Source: an uncultured bacterium (GTDB lineage: Bacteria > Babelota > Babeliae > Babelales > Babelaceae). From it: a DNA stretch of 64,000 nucleotides. This document shows, one piece after another, positions 46,683 to 57,814 of this stretch (positions are counted from its first letter, which is position 1; each line of letters starts with the position of its first letter). Both the position numbers and the translations under genes were made by a program. The notes beneath the pieces were generated by a model. It was given only the letters and a program-made list of their open reading frames with translations. It had not been told where the DNA came from and did not search any database. The stretch covers positions 193,071 through 257,070 of the forward strand of contig OY970209.1 of the NCBI GenBank assembly GCA_963713855.1, written 5' to 3'.

Positions 46683-49133
46683 TTACTGACAGGATTCACA
46701 TTCAGGGTTATCAATAGCACACGCTTCAGGAAGCTCTTTATACGTTCGGTTTTGAGTAAAACCATACGTTTTAGCATCGAGCGTTGCTTTTTCTACCTGC
46801 GTGGCCCCAAGTGTTCGTGCATAATAGAGTGTTTTCATGCCATAGCGCCATGCTTTCATATACACAGCATCCATTTTTTTGCCTGATGCACCTTTAAAAA
46901 AGACGTTATGTGATTGCGACTGATCAATCCATTTACCACGCGCTGCAGTTATCTCAACAAGCCATTCAGGATCGAGCTCAAAAGCAGTTTTATATTTTTC
47001 CTTCAAAGATAGCGGTATGCCCTCAATAAGCTCAAGATCGCCATCGTAATACTTGATCTTATCGAGCATCGCTTGTGACCACAATCCTCGTTTTTTAAGA
47101 TCATCAACAAGATAGCTGTTAATGATAGTAAATTCACCACTTACATTAGACTTGACGTAAATATTTTTAAAAATTGGCTCAATACATGGATAACATCCTG
47201 CAATTGTTGAAATAGTTGCTGTAGGAGCCACTGCCATAACATTTGAATTACGCATGCCGTGCTTTAAAACAAGCTTTTTAAGGGCGTCCCAAGAAAGATT
47301 TTTTTTACGGTCTACCTCAATTTTTTGGCCACGTTCTTTTTCAAGAGTATCAAGCGTATCAAGCGGGAAAATACCTCTGTCCCATTTTGATCCCTTAAAA
47401 GATGCATACGGTCCCTTTTCTTCAGCAAGTTGACATGAAGTTTCGATAGCGTAATACGATATATGCTCCATCGTTTCATCTGCCAAAGTACATGCCTCAG
47501 GCGACGAAAAGGGGATATCGAGCGTAAAAAGAGCATCTTGAAAGCCCATAAGGCCGAGCCCAAGCGGTCTATGCTTAAGATTAGAATCACGAGCTTCATC
47601 TATGGGATAAAAATTTAAATCAATAACGTTATCAAGCATTCGAACAGCTGTTCTAACCGTATCTTTTAGTAAGGTATAATCGATACCTAATGGGGTAACG
47701 TGGGCCTTTAAGTTAACTGATCCTAAGTTGCATACAGCCGTTTCTGTTTTTGATGTATTGAGCGTTATCTCCGTACACAAGTTAGAAGAATGCACAACAC
47801 CAACGTGGTCCTGAGGAGAGCGTAAATTGCATGGATCTTTGAATGTAATCCATGGGTGCCCAGTTTCAAAAAGCCGAGTGAGCATTTTTCGCCACAACTG
47901 AGAAGCTGGCATCTGCTTTACAAGTGTTATTTTTTCAGTACCAATAAGTTTTTCGTACTTCTCGTACGCTTCTACAAAAGCATTACCATACACGTGATGA
48001 AGGTCAGGCGTTTCATGGGGTGAAAAAAGAGTCCAGACTCCATTTTCTTGTACTCTCTTCATAAAAAGATCAGGGATCCATACGGCAGTATTCATATCAT
48101 GCGTGCGCCGGCGCTCATCGCCCGTATTTCTTCTAAGATCAAGAAAATCCTCAATATCGATATGCCAAGGCTCTAAGTATGCGCACGATCCTCCACGTCG
48201 TATACCCGTGCGTGTTATAGCAACTACAATATCATTAGCAATTTTTAGGTAAGGAATAACGCCCTGACTACTTGCTTTTATGCTTTTAATAAGAGAACCG
48301 CATCCTCTAATATTGGTCCAATCAGTCCCTAAACCACCAGCCCATTTTGCAAGCTGAGCATTATCGCCTAAAGCCTTAAAAATATGTTTTAAATCATCTT
48401 CAACAGTATTAAGAAAACAGGAGCTTAATTGCGCTTGCTCAAATCCTGCATGGAATAAAGTTGGTGTTGAAGGTATATAACGAAGCGAAGACATACTTTC
48501 ATAAAACTCCAAAGCACGGTCTTCAGGATGTTTTTCTTCGATTGCAAGACCAAGTGCAATGCGCATCCAAAAAGCCTGCGGGGTCTCATAACGACGATTC
48601 TTGTCTTTAAAAAGATAGCGCTCATACAAAGTATGCATGCCCATATAATCGATAAGATTGTCGCGCTCAAAACGTAAATGCTGCGCTAAAAAAGAAAGGT
48701 CACATGTAGCAAGCTTTTTATTAATATAACCCATCTCAATGCCAGCCATAATACCTGCAACAAAAGCATTCCTATAGGCCTCCTGATAGTCATACGTATC
48801 ATCAGGCAAAGAACCCGTAACCTCTCGCACAAGTTTTAATAACAATAAACGTGAAGCAAGGGTCCCATATGCAGGGTCTCTTTCAATAAAACTTGTTGCA
48901 GCTAAGATTAAAGCTCTTTCTAAATCGATTGTAGCGATACCATCAAAAATGGTGCGATACACCTCATATAAAATAACTGAAAGATCAACAGCCTCAAGGC
49001 CATACGATGCTCGCTTGAGCACAGACATGAGCGTATACTCATCAAATGGTTCGCGCGTTCCGTTGCGCTTAATCACTGTGTAACCATTTCCTAAAATCTT
49101 GTCTCCCTGAGAGACTCCAACAGCTATATCCAT
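46683..49133 (-). CDS. nrdA: Ribonucleotide reductase large subunit (R1) with one N-terminal ATP-cone
   Basis: 816 aa. ATP-cone VIKRNGTREPFDEYTL; catalytic-region motifs (..NLCTEI.., ..PTATIS..); C-terminal Cys pair. Confidence 0.9.
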   Translation of the reverse strand: MDIAVGVSQGDKILGNGYTVIKRNGTREPFDEYTLMSVLKRASYGLEAVDLSVILYEVYRTIFDGIATIDLERALILAATSFIERDPAYGTLASRLLLLKLVREVTGSLPDDTYDYQEAYRNAFVAGIMAGIEMGYINKKLATCDLSFLAQHLRFERDNLIDYMGMHTLYERYLFKDKNRRYETPQAFWMRIALGLAIEEKHPEDRALEFYESMSSLRYIPSTPTLFHAGFEQAQLSSCFLNTVEDDLKHIFKALGDNAQLAKWAGGLGTDWTNIRGCGSLIKSIKASSQGVIPYLKIANDIVVAITRTGIRRGGSCAYLEPWHIDIEDFLDLRRNTGDERRRTHDMNTAVWIPDLFMKRVQENGVWTLFSPHETPDLHHVYGNAFVEAYEKYEKLIGTEKITLVKQMPASQLWRKMLTRLFETGHPWITFKDPCNLRSPQDHVGVVHSSNLCTEITLNTSKTETAVCNLGSVNLKAHVTPLGIDYTLLKDTVRTAVRMLDNVIDLNFYPIDEARDSNLKHRPLGLGLMGFQDALFTLDIPFSSPEACTLADETMEHISYYAIETSCQLAEEKGPYASFKGSKWDRGIFPLDTLDTLEKERGQKIEVDRKKNLSWDALKKLVLKHGMRNSNVMAVAPTATISTIAGCYPCIEPIFKNIYVKSNVSGEFTIINSYLVDDLKKRGLWSQAMLDKIKYYDGDLELIEGIPLSLKEKYKTAFELDPEWLVEITAARGKWIDQSQSHNVFFKGASGKKMDAVYMKAWRYGMKTLYYARTLGATQVEKATLDAKTYGFTQNRTYKELPEACAIDNPECESCQ

Positions 49134-49443
49134 AGGTAAAGTCCTTCATAAAATTTTATATAAAAAGCACAAAAAGGGCCTAAATGGTTTTACCCACCTA
49201 CGTCATTTATTTTCAAAATGTAATAAGGACTTAGTCAGTCGTCTGCTTAACTCTACCAGCGAAAGTTTAAATATTCAACAAAAACCGATAGTCTTTTTTT
49301 GAAGAAATATTCTCCATTTTTTTGTCATGCAATTTTCTTTAAAATACATATTGTAATCGATTTATTTCTCTTGCTCATGCAGTTTGCTTCATGGTAACCT
49401 CTGGGCAAGAACTAGTTGAAGCGGCCTTATAAGGAGTCACTAT

Positions 49444-50649
49444 ATGAAATCGCTACACTTACTTTCGAAAGTCTTACCGCTTGCTCTTTTAATGAGCATG
49501 CCAATAACATCGAGCGGACAGCCTGATCAACCTATGTCAAGCATCGAAATGGATATACTCCCTGGAGAAATGCCTTTAAAAGCTGCAGGTATGGAAATAC
49601 CAATAAGAACTCCAGCCAATGTAAGCAAGGAAACCGAAAAGCGTCATGCACTAGCACTAGAACCTGAGTACAAAAAACCTGCAGCAGCACGTCCCATGCA
49701 TGAGTATAAAGAAATTGAGTCTGAAATGGCCACCCCAGGTCGTTTAGCACCTGAGCATAGAAGACCAGCCTTACAAGCAAAAACACTTCGCTTTGTTAAA
49801 AAATTAAACACCAAAAAAGAACTTCATGAAGCTATCAAAAACCAAAAGGGATCCATAGCTATTAGAATACATAAAGGTGTTGGAGACGATGTTGAACTTG
49901 GAAAAGCAGCGCAAACGAATCCAAACGTAAAAGCATACTCGATCGATGCTAATAATCCTGAATTTTTTGACTTCATTGAGATGTTTAAAGGTCGCAATCC
50001 TCAATACATATTTATACGTAAAGAGGTTGGTTTACCGGCTGATATGGCACAAGCATTCCATAAAGTTATGTCAGACTTAACAGGTATGCCTGCTGCACTC
50101 GAAACATTGACAAGGGGTCGAGCAAAAAAAGATGAGCTTAAAGGTGAATATCATCGCCTTGTTAAAGAAGCAAAAAATGCAAAAGAGCTCCATGAAGCGC
50201 TTTCGAGCCACAAAAATGTAACTGTTAAAATAAGCACACCATGGTGCGGTGCATGCACTATGGCTGAAGAGCCGTTAGCGGAAGCTCTAAAGGCACAAGA
50301 AGGAAATGTAAAAGCTGTCAGCTTTAATGCTGAAAAACCTGAATTTAAGAAATTCCAAGAAATATTTGAAGCGCCTGGCTATCCAACATTCTTCTATATA
50401 CACACCTATAAAGGACCTGAAGAAGCTTCAGAACTCAAAAAAGTTCTGCGAGATTTTACAGGATCTACAAGAATTAACCGTGAATACGGATTTGATGGAG
50501 CTCAAAAAGAAAAACCTGCGCGTAGAAAATATAGAAAAACTTTTGGGTGGTTTGGAAATAGAGAGATGCCTGAACCGTCAAGCTCTAAAAACGTATCTGA
50601 AGAGGAACAAAGCTTTCCACAAAGACGCAGACTTAAAGAAGAGCTTTAA
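49444..50649 (+). CDS. Secreted protein with tandem thioredoxin-like domains (second carries a WCGAC motif)
   Basis: 401 aa. Signal peptide; ...KISTPWCGACTMAEEPL... (CxxC); an earlier domain of similar pattern lacks the Cys pair. Confidence 0.55.
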   Translation: MKSLHLLSKVLPLALLMSMPITSSGQPDQPMSSIEMDILPGEMPLKAAGMEIPIRTPANVSKETEKRHALALEPEYKKPAAARPMHEYKEIESEMATPGRLAPEHRRPALQAKTLRFVKKLNTKKELHEAIKNQKGSIAIRIHKGVGDDVELGKAAQTNPNVKAYSIDANNPEFFDFIEMFKGRNPQYIFIRKEVGLPADMAQAFHKVMSDLTGMPAALETLTRGRAKKDELKGEYHRLVKEAKNAKELHEALSSHKNVTVKISTPWCGACTMAEEPLAEALKAQEGNVKAVSFNAEKPEFKKFQEIFEAPGYPTFFYIHTYKGPEEASELKKVLRDFTGSTRINREYGFDGAQKEKPARRKYRKTFGWFGNREMPEPSSSKNVSEEEQSFPQRRRLKEEL

Positions 50650-50667
50650 TTAAGTTAGGAATGCGCT

Positions 50668-50710
50668 AAAAAAACCGAGGCGGTGGGTACAGCCACCGCC
50701 TTCTATTTTT
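50668..50710. terminator. Bidirectional terminator between convergent genes
   Basis: aaaaaaaccgaggcggtgg gtacag ccaccgcc ttctattttt. Confidence 0.65.
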
Positions 50711-52679
50711 ACATTGAGGCAAGTAACAAAGCAACCATCGACATAAGCTTTATAAGAATATTAAGCGCGGGTCCTGAAGTATCTTTAAAAGGATCACCCA
50801 CAGTGTCACCTACAATGGCGGCCTTATGCGTATCTGAGCCTTTTCCGCCGTAATGTCCAGCTTCAATATACTTTTTAGCATTGTCCCAAGCACCACCACC
50901 ATTAGCCATCATAAGCGCCAGTAACACACCAACAACGGTTGCACCTACAAGTAAGCCACCAAGCGCTAAAGGCCCGAAAACATATTTAACAACGATAGGC
51001 AAAGCAACAGTAATAATACCAGGCAGAATCATCTCTCTTAAAGATGCTTTTGTACTTATAGCGATGCAACGATTATAATCCGGAAGTGCTGTACCTTCCA
51101 TAAGTCCTGGAATTTCTCTAAACTGACGACGCACCTCCATAACCATCAGCAGCGCTGCTTTTCCTACAGAACGCATCGTCAAAGCAGATACCCAAAAAGG
51201 CATAGTACTGCCTATAAAAATTCCCATAAGCACTGTTGGATCAAGTAAATCTAAGGTTTGCAAATTAGCCTTTTGAGCATAGGCAGCAAAAATACCAAGA
51301 GCCGCCAATAACGCGGAACCAATAGCAAACCCTTTTCCTAAAGCCGCCGTTGTATTTCCAAGAGCATCAAGTGCATCTGTTGTCTTTCTGACTTCCTCTC
51401 CCAGTCCAGCCATTTCAGTTATGCCGCCGGCGTTATCAGCAATAGGGCCGTAGGCATCGATTGTCATAGTAATACCTACCGTTGCAAGCATGGCAACAGC
51501 TGCAAGAGAAACACCGAATAATCCACCACCGTACGTAAAAGCTAGCAATACGCCCGCAGCCAGCATTATAGTAGGTAGAATGGTAGACTCCATGCCAACA
51601 GATAAGCCGTAAATAATATTTGTGGCAGCACCAGAGCGAGAAATTTCAGCAAGTTTTCGTACTGGTGTACTGCTTGTATAATATTCCGTAATAAGGCCTA
51701 CAATCGATCCGGCCACACAGCCTATCAAAACTGCTATCAGAACTCGATAGTCTCGAATCATGCCAGCATACAAATACGTAAGTCCAAGAAGTACTAACAG
51801 TGAGCTTGCTGTTGCAGCTTTTAAAAGCGTTGAAGGGCGGGATGTACCAAAAACAGCAACCGCTAATCCTATAAACGAACCAATCAATCCAAAGAAGGAA
51901 ATAACAAGAGGTAACATGAAGTAAACAGGATTACCTGGGTGATACGCTACTGCAAGAATAATCGTTGCGACCATGGCACCAATGTAGGACTCGTAAATAT
52001 CCGCCCCCATACCCGCCGTGTCTCCGACACAGTCACCAACGTTATCGGCAATAACTGCTGGATTACGTGGATCATCTTCAGGAATGCCCGCTTCAAGCTT
52101 GCCAACTAAATCAGCTCCGACATCGGCCGACTTGGTATAAATGCCACCACCAACGCGAGCAAAAAAAGCAACAAGTGATGCACCTAACGCAAAACTCGTA
52201 ATAAGAAGTTCAAATTCAGGCTTTTTTGAAGAAAGCATAACAAGCAAAGTCAAACCTAATAGACCAATGCTTGCAACTGCAAATCCCATCGTTCCACCAC
52301 CTAGAAGAGCTACTCTAAAAGCGCCCTGTTCACCTTGGTCACGCGCAGCAAGCGCGGCTCGAACGTTAGCAGTGGTAGCTGTTCGCATACCAATGTAACC
52401 GGTCAATAATGAAAGTATCGATCCCGTAGCAAAAGCCGCAGCAGCCCAAGGGCTTGAAAACCACCCAAGTAGCAATACGCCCACTAAAACAACAAGAGCG
52501 ATGATACGGTATTCTTCACGCAAGAAGGTCATTGCACCCAAGCGTATTGCTCGAGCAATCGCAGCAGCTTTTTCATCATCTACCGGCAAGGCGGCAACAC
52601 GTCTTGCTAGTAAGAAAACAACCAAAAGCCCCACAACTGAAGCTATGATCAATATAGGATAAAAGGGAATAGGCTGCAT
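50709..52679 (-). CDS. hppA: Membrane-bound proton/sodium-translocating pyrophosphatase (likely K+-dependent type)
   Basis: 656 aa, about 15 [20 protein letters not shown] and [21 protein letters not shown] motifs; [10 protein letters not shown] (Ala at the K+-dependence position). Confidence 0.9.
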   Translation of the reverse strand: MQPIPFYPILIIASVVGLLVVFLLARRVAALPVDDEKAAAIARAIRLGAMTFLREEYRIIALVVLVGVLLLGWFSSPWAAAAFATGSILSLLTGYIGMRTATTANVRAALAARDQGEQGAFRVALLGGGTMGFAVASIGLLGLTLLVMLSSKKPEFELLITSFALGASLVAFFARVGGGIYTKSADVGADLVGKLEAGIPEDDPRNPAVIADNVGDCVGDTAGMGADIYESYIGAMVATIILAVAYHPGNPVYFMLPLVISFFGLIGSFIGLAVAVFGTSRPSTLLKAATASSLLVLLGLTYLYAGMIRDYRVLIAVLIGCVAGSIVGLITEYYTSSTPVRKLAEISRSGAATNIIYGLSVGMESTILPTIMLAAGVLLAFTYGGGLFGVSLAAVAMLATVGITMTIDAYGPIADNAGGITEMAGLGEEVRKTTDALDALGNTTAALGKGFAIGSALLAALGIFAAYAQKANLQTLDLLDPTVLMGIFIGSTMPFWVSALTMRSVGKAALLMVMEVRRQFREIPGLMEGTALPDYNRCIAISTKASLREMILPGIITVALPIVVKYVFGPLALGGLLVGATVVGVLLALMMANGGGAWDNAKKYIEAGHYGGKGSDTHKAAIVGDTVGDPFKDTSGPALNILIKLMSMVALLLASM

Positions 52680-52785
52680 GTAACCTCCATGGAATCAATT
52701 CATTGCTAAAAAACAGTTTTATGGTAGCAGATCCAACCCTTTTGTAAAGAACTAACTGATATCAAAAGAAATACCACGAACCGAT

Positions 52786-54207
52786 TCACACCTTGAAAGA
52801 CTCGAGAATACGCTCTTCACTAAAGTGTATGCGCGTATTTCCCACCATCTGATAGTCTTCAGCACCTTTACCAAGAAGCGCTAATATGCTGCCCTGAGCT
52901 GCACTGTGATACGCTTTTTTTATGGCTAAAGCCCTATCAGGTTCAACGATGACCTTGTGTTTATGTTCATAAGGTATGCCTGACTCAATTTCCCTAATAA
53001 TTGCCAATGGATCTTCTGAACGGGGATTATCAGTAGTCAAATAGATCCAATCTGCAAAACGTGCTGCCATAGTTCCCATGATTGGTCTTTTGAGTGGATC
53101 CCTATCACCACCTGCGCCAAAAATAACGTGTAACTGAGACGTCAAAGGACGCAAAGTACCCAAAACAGCCTCGTAAGAAGCTGGATTACTAGCATAATCA
53201 ATGAATGCTACCTTATTTCCGAGAAGTTCGTATTTTCGTAAACGCCCTGGTACACCCTTGAATGTGCTAAGACTTGTTTGTATATCTCCAGAAGAAATGC
53301 CCAGTACACGCGCACTTGCTGTAGCTGCAAGAACATTGTAAACATTATGCTCACCCAAAAGCCCGTCCATAGAAACTGCCATTTCTCCATCTGGCAGAAC
53401 CATATCAATACTTAAGCCCAGTTTTTGGGTGGTTCTTGAAGTACCCTGAACGAACGCAGCATTTTTCATGCCATAAAAGAGGGTTTTATTCTTTTTAAGT
53501 GTGGATACGCGACTATCATCCCCATTCAAAATAAGCCATCCGTCAGGACATATAGCATCCAGAAGGCTCGCTTTTGCGTTGAAATATGCCTCCTGGTCGG
53601 CGTAAAATTCAGCGTGCTCGTAACTGAAATTAGTAAATACAAGAGCACTAAACTGTATTCCATGTGTACGATGGAGACTTACAGCTTGGGCAGCAACTTC
53701 CATCACGACCCATTCGATACCAGCATTGTAACAGAGACTAAAAAAAGCATGCAGATAGTCAGGCTGCTCAGTGGTTAAATGCGGAGTAAACGCCTTCTTT
53801 CCAATTGTATGTTGCACACCACTAAGACAGGCTACGGCATAACCGCTCTCCTCAAGAATATGTTTAATAAGGTGCGTCGTCGTTGTCTTACCCTTAGTCC
53901 CTGTTACGGCAAGTATCTTGAGGTGCTGTGATGGATACCCCCAGAAAGCAGCACTAAGCTCGGCTAAAGCCTTACGAGCATTTAAAACGCGAATAAGCTT
54001 TGCGCCATATGCTTCTAAAAGCCCGATATCGACATCTTCGTCATCTTGAACTACGATGGTAGTCGCTCCCCGCTTTAAAGCAAGCGGTATATATGCTGTT
54101 CCCCTCTGCTTTTCACCTCTGATGGCAACGAAAGTCGTTCCAGGGCCTACATGATCTGTATGGCATGTGACCGGCAAAAATAGGGGCATATCTATACTAT
54201 TAATCAT
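52786..54207 (-). CDS. murE: UDP-N-acetylmuramoyl-L-alanyl-D-glutamate--2,6-diaminopimelate ligase
   Basis: 473 aa. Mur ligase P-loop LAVTGTKGKTTT; DNPR motif (LTTDNPRSEDP) diagnostic for MurE. Confidence 0.85.
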   Translation of the reverse strand: MINSIDMPLFLPVTCHTDHVGPGTTFVAIRGEKQRGTAYIPLALKRGATTIVVQDDEDVDIGLLEAYGAKLIRVLNARKALAELSAAFWGYPSQHLKILAVTGTKGKTTTTHLIKHILEESGYAVACLSGVQHTIGKKAFTPHLTTEQPDYLHAFFSLCYNAGIEWVVMEVAAQAVSLHRTHGIQFSALVFTNFSYEHAEFYADQEAYFNAKASLLDAICPDGWLILNGDDSRVSTLKKNKTLFYGMKNAAFVQGTSRTTQKLGLSIDMVLPDGEMAVSMDGLLGEHNVYNVLAATASARVLGISSGDIQTSLSTFKGVPGRLRKYELLGNKVAFIDYASNPASYEAVLGTLRPLTSQLHVIFGAGGDRDPLKRPIMGTMAARFADWIYLTTDNPRSEDPLAIIREIESGIPYEHKHKVIVEPDRALAIKKAYHSAAQGSILALLGKGAEDYQMVGNTRIHFSEERILESFKV

Positions 54208-54339
54208 AAAAAATACTTATTTTTTAAAAAAACTTTTCAAAATTTATTTTTTCTATATGCTGGTAACTGATGTTCTAGCTCTTTAAGCAGTATGTACGAG
54301 AAGAGCGATTCTCTCAAGCATTTAACATGAGAAAAAAGC

Positions 54340-56481
54340 ATGTCCTATGTACTCCTTTTTTGTATTACTCTCATAGCAACCCCTATCTTAGGTTTTGTAG
54401 GAAGCACCAGAGAGATGGTCATTTTTTCTGAATATGGCCGCAACGAAACCATTGATAAAACATTTGATCAAGACCCTTCTGAATCCATGCGTCCTGCAGG
54501 CTTGGGAGCGGCATCAAATCTTCTTCTAACGGCCTTATTTCAAGAAGTGCCTGTGTTAGTGCCTGCAGCATTATGGCAATCCATTGTTGACCACAAGCAA
54601 TTTTTTGATGCACTTAAAGGACCATCGAGTGACGATGAACTCTACGCACACTATGGCAGGTATAAGCGTTTTAAAGATAAAACTGATTTTTCAGCCCTCA
54701 GAGCTTATATAAAGCACGTCCAAGAAGCGATTACCCTTACTCAAAAAGCACTACGTAATGCCTCTAGCCCAGATCTTTTAAAGCGTGAGCTTGAAGATAT
54801 AAAAAACAATCTTGTCAAAAAAGGATCTTTACCACATGATGCCATGACCGATTTTAAGTGGCTTGAAGTAACTCGTTTTGCTCTTTGCGCATTCTTACCC
54901 CTTGATAGATACATCGTCAAGGAGGTTTCAGATAAAGCCCCCTTTTACCTTTTTATACCAACAACATACCTTGATACAACAAAAGAGCGTAAGCGTGATC
55001 AAGATCGACGGCTCGGCCTTAAGATAAGTAATCTAGCAACCGTACTAGATCCTTATGGGGTGAAAGCGGTAAAAATGCATTACTCTCAAAGCATGCTACA
55101 GGAAGTGCTTGAGACTATTTTTATCAAAAAACATGAGGTGTTGCCACATGAGGTACAACGTTGGACGCTCTTTATTATGGGGCATGGTACCTTTTCTCAA
55201 GAAGCTTACGAGACGCTCAAAAAAGTAAAAAATGGCATTAAGAAAATAGACCGCAAAAAGAAACAGTTAGAAAGAAAGCTCCATGAGCCTCAAAATAAAG
55301 CAACGCTTCAAACCCTAGAAAAGCACCGTTCTCGTTTTATTCGTAAAACGAGAGAACTTGAAGAAGCAAATAAAATAGTCGGGCTTCCTATAGAATCTTT
55401 CCAACGCTTAATTCAGTTTTTTGAAAAATCACTCGATATGGGACTTCTCTTTTATTCAAGTTGTTCTGCTGGCCAAAAGCACGCTATTGACGCATTTGAT
55501 AGAGATGGAAAACCCATGCGCCTTTCTTTTCCTGTATGCATAGATACTCTTCTTGAAGCTCCAGCATTCATTTTTCCTAGCGAACTACGGCTTGAATCAT
55601 GCGTAGATAAAACAATGCCATTGCAAGTAGATCAACTCGTCGATTGGAAAGAGCGCCGCATTATCCTTGACGCACCTTATGATTTTGAAAGTTTTTTTAA
55701 AAATGCTCACAGTAAAAGCTCCGCGTTAGACCCTGTCGCCAACTTCGTAAAAAGCATGACAACCTTTCTTAAAAAAACTGAAGGCGGTGCTTATATGCAG
55801 CCTAATGATGTCAATAACGTCTTATCGATCCGTTTGGCCGGAAACACACATTTTAGCGTTATTGATGCCGCCAATCTTTTTTCCATAGCACCGCGCGAAA
55901 AGCTTACCCTCAAAGCCGATAAACAAATTATCTTTTTTACGCATCCCGAAATGGATACAGTTGACGTATGCAAAAGCAAAGTCTGTCCGTTTTTCTGCTC
56001 CTTACTACCGGGAAAAGCGATGCACACCATCAAAGAGCTCTACGCACCAGCATATACACTATGCGGACTGATTGAGCACTTCTTTCCCGTTGAAGAACTG
56101 AACGTGCCAAAGCTTATACATGTGCATAACCTGCGCTGTAAAAATGAAAAAAATACTCTTACGTGTTATGAAAACGTGTATCTTTTTAACATGGTTCCAC
56201 ACCCTTCAGAGCCCAAAAAACACGTTCCCGCAAGCGGAATACTTTTTAAACACCGAGAAAACGGCTTTAGAGCACTCTGGCCATTCGATTTGCCGGCACC
56301 CAATCCAATAAGCCTTGAAAGACACGATGCACTCAAGATTGAAGAAAACATAAAACACTTAAAAGCTTTCTTTAAAGATGCAAATACTCTGCAGAATGTA
56401 ATACCGAATGATAAATGCGTACTCTCTTTGCCAGAGTTATGTAAAGAACTGAACACAAAAAATAGCTGCATAATAACGTGA
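54340..56481 (+). CDS. Large hypothetical protein (N-terminal hydrophobic segment)
   Basis: 713 aa. No recognisable domain by eye; internal K/E-rich coiled-coil stretch (KKIDRKKKQLERKLHEPQNK). Confidence 0.5.
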   Translation: MSYVLLFCITLIATPILGFVGSTREMVIFSEYGRNETIDKTFDQDPSESMRPAGLGAASNLLLTALFQEVPVLVPAALWQSIVDHKQFFDALKGPSSDDELYAHYGRYKRFKDKTDFSALRAYIKHVQEAITLTQKALRNASSPDLLKRELEDIKNNLVKKGSLPHDAMTDFKWLEVTRFALCAFLPLDRYIVKEVSDKAPFYLFIPTTYLDTTKERKRDQDRRLGLKISNLATVLDPYGVKAVKMHYSQSMLQEVLETIFIKKHEVLPHEVQRWTLFIMGHGTFSQEAYETLKKVKNGIKKIDRKKKQLERKLHEPQNKATLQTLEKHRSRFIRKTRELEEANKIVGLPIESFQRLIQFFEKSLDMGLLFYSSCSAGQKHAIDAFDRDGKPMRLSFPVCIDTLLEAPAFIFPSELRLESCVDKTMPLQVDQLVDWKERRIILDAPYDFESFFKNAHSKSSALDPVANFVKSMTTFLKKTEGGAYMQPNDVNNVLSIRLAGNTHFSVIDAANLFSIAPREKLTLKADKQIIFFTHPEMDTVDVCKSKVCPFFCSLLPGKAMHTIKELYAPAYTLCGLIEHFFPVEELNVPKLIHVHNLRCKNEKNTLTCYENVYLFNMVPHPSEPKKHVPASGILFKHRENGFRALWPFDLPAPNPISLERHDALKIEENIKHLKAFFKDANTLQNVIPNDKCVLSLPELCKELNTKNSCIIT

Positions 56482-56773
56482 TTAATGAATCCTTTACGGT
56501 AAAAATTCACAATCCCTTTTTTTTACGTCGCTATTCCATTCCCCATGAAATAATGAGTCACTAACTCTTTCTTTAAAATTGCTTTAGTCAAGGCTATACT
56601 AACTACACTTTTTAGTATGCACCAACATGACGGCAGATAGATACACCTGATAACCTCAAAACGCTTTTCGCGAAAGCCTTCTGTCTAAAAAAAATGTTTT
56701 CCATTGATGTAATACTTAAAATTAATCTATACTTATAACCAGAAAATAATTGCAAAAAGTATGGTGAGGAATT

Positions 56774-57814
56774 GTGATAAGCAAAATAGCATGCAAAACA
56801 ATGTTTCTTTCTTTAAGCCTAAGCTCATTTAGGCTGAGTCATGCTCAGTGGACTCAAAGGCATAGTAAAACGTATGCTTTGGCTGCCGGTAGTCAGAATG
56901 TAGTACTATCAAGTTTGCATGCAGGATGGGATATTAAGCCTTTTACACAACTTATTATTTCTTGGAACGCACGAAAACCAAAAAAGGGATTTTTGCGTTT
57001 TTATGCGCGCATCCGCCAAAACAAAACAAAAAAATGGCTCCGTTGGCACTTACTTGCAGATTGGGGGAAAATGATACAAAAGTCCTATATGAGTCGTTTT
57101 ATGGGATCCACGCACCACTTTGTCCGTACGGAATTAGACGAAAAATTGAAAGCAGATGCTTTTGAAATTAAAGTTGAAGCCAATAATGGCGCCTGCCTTA
57201 AAGATCTCTATTGCCTAGGAGCTACCTCATCACTTATAAGCTCTATGACAAAAGAGAGACCGCATAGTTTACGATCGTTGCAAAGCGTACGCGTAAAGGG
57301 GGTACCAGCTCTATCACAATGGCAAATCAAACACCCAGAAAAGTATCGCCTCTGCTCACCAGCATCCTTGACCATGATGATTAGCTATTTAAATAAGCAA
57401 AAAATGGATCCGGCTCGTTTTGCTAAAGATGCTTACGATGCAGGCTTAGATGCTTATGGTAGCTGGCCTTTTAACATCGCTGCAGCATTTGAGGCGGCAA
57501 TGGGCAAATATCACTTTTTTGTAACACGATTACAGAATTTTAGAGAATTGCACACCTTACTCAACGCCTCAGTTCCTGTAGTTGTCAGTGTACGTGGCAT
57601 ACTTAATGGCGCTCCTAAGCCGTATCTGCACGGACATCTTCTCTTGGTCGTAGGATACGATGCACACAAAAAAAAGGTCTTATGCCATGATCCTGCTCAA
57701 CCGCACTATAAAGCAGTACTAACTCGCTATCCACTTGCTTCATTTTTGGCAACATGGGAGCGATCGCACCGACTTTCGTACGTGCCAAAGTCTCGCCTAA
57801 GGAGTCAATCATGA
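56774..57814 (+). CDS. Peptidase C39-like (papain-fold) domain protein, secreted
   Basis: 346 aa; GTG start in the ORF track. Signal-like N-terminus; YRLCSPASLTMMISYL resembles the catalytic-Cys motif of the Peptidase_C39_2 family. Confidence 0.45.
   Translation: MISKIACKTMFLSLSLSSFRLSHAQWTQRHSKTYALAAGSQNVVLSSLHAGWDIKPFTQLIISWNARKPKKGFLRFYARIRQNKTKKWLRWHLLADWGKMIQKSYMSRFMGSTHHFVRTELDEKLKADAFEIKVEANNGACLKDLYCLGATSSLISSMTKERPHSLRSLQSVRVKGVPALSQWQIKHPEKYRLCSPASLTMMISYLNKQKMDPARFAKDAYDAGLDAYGSWPFNIAAAFEAAMGKYHFFVTRLQNFRELHTLLNASVPVVVSVRGILNGAPKPYLHGHLLLVVGYDAHKKKVLCHDPAQPHYKAVLTRYPLASFLATWERSHRLSYVPKSRLRSQS

Noticed and set aside
49134-49443. Possible NrdR box upstream of nrdA (tttatataaa 10-bp palindrome near 49160)
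   Set aside because: Only a short AT palindrome in an AT-rich leader. It does not match the 16-bp NrdR consensus (acaCwAtATaTwGtgt) convincingly, and no tandem second box was seen.
50327-50653. 108-aa plus-strand ORF
   Set aside because: Alternative frame inside the thioredoxin-like gene. Low-complexity K/L/N composition.
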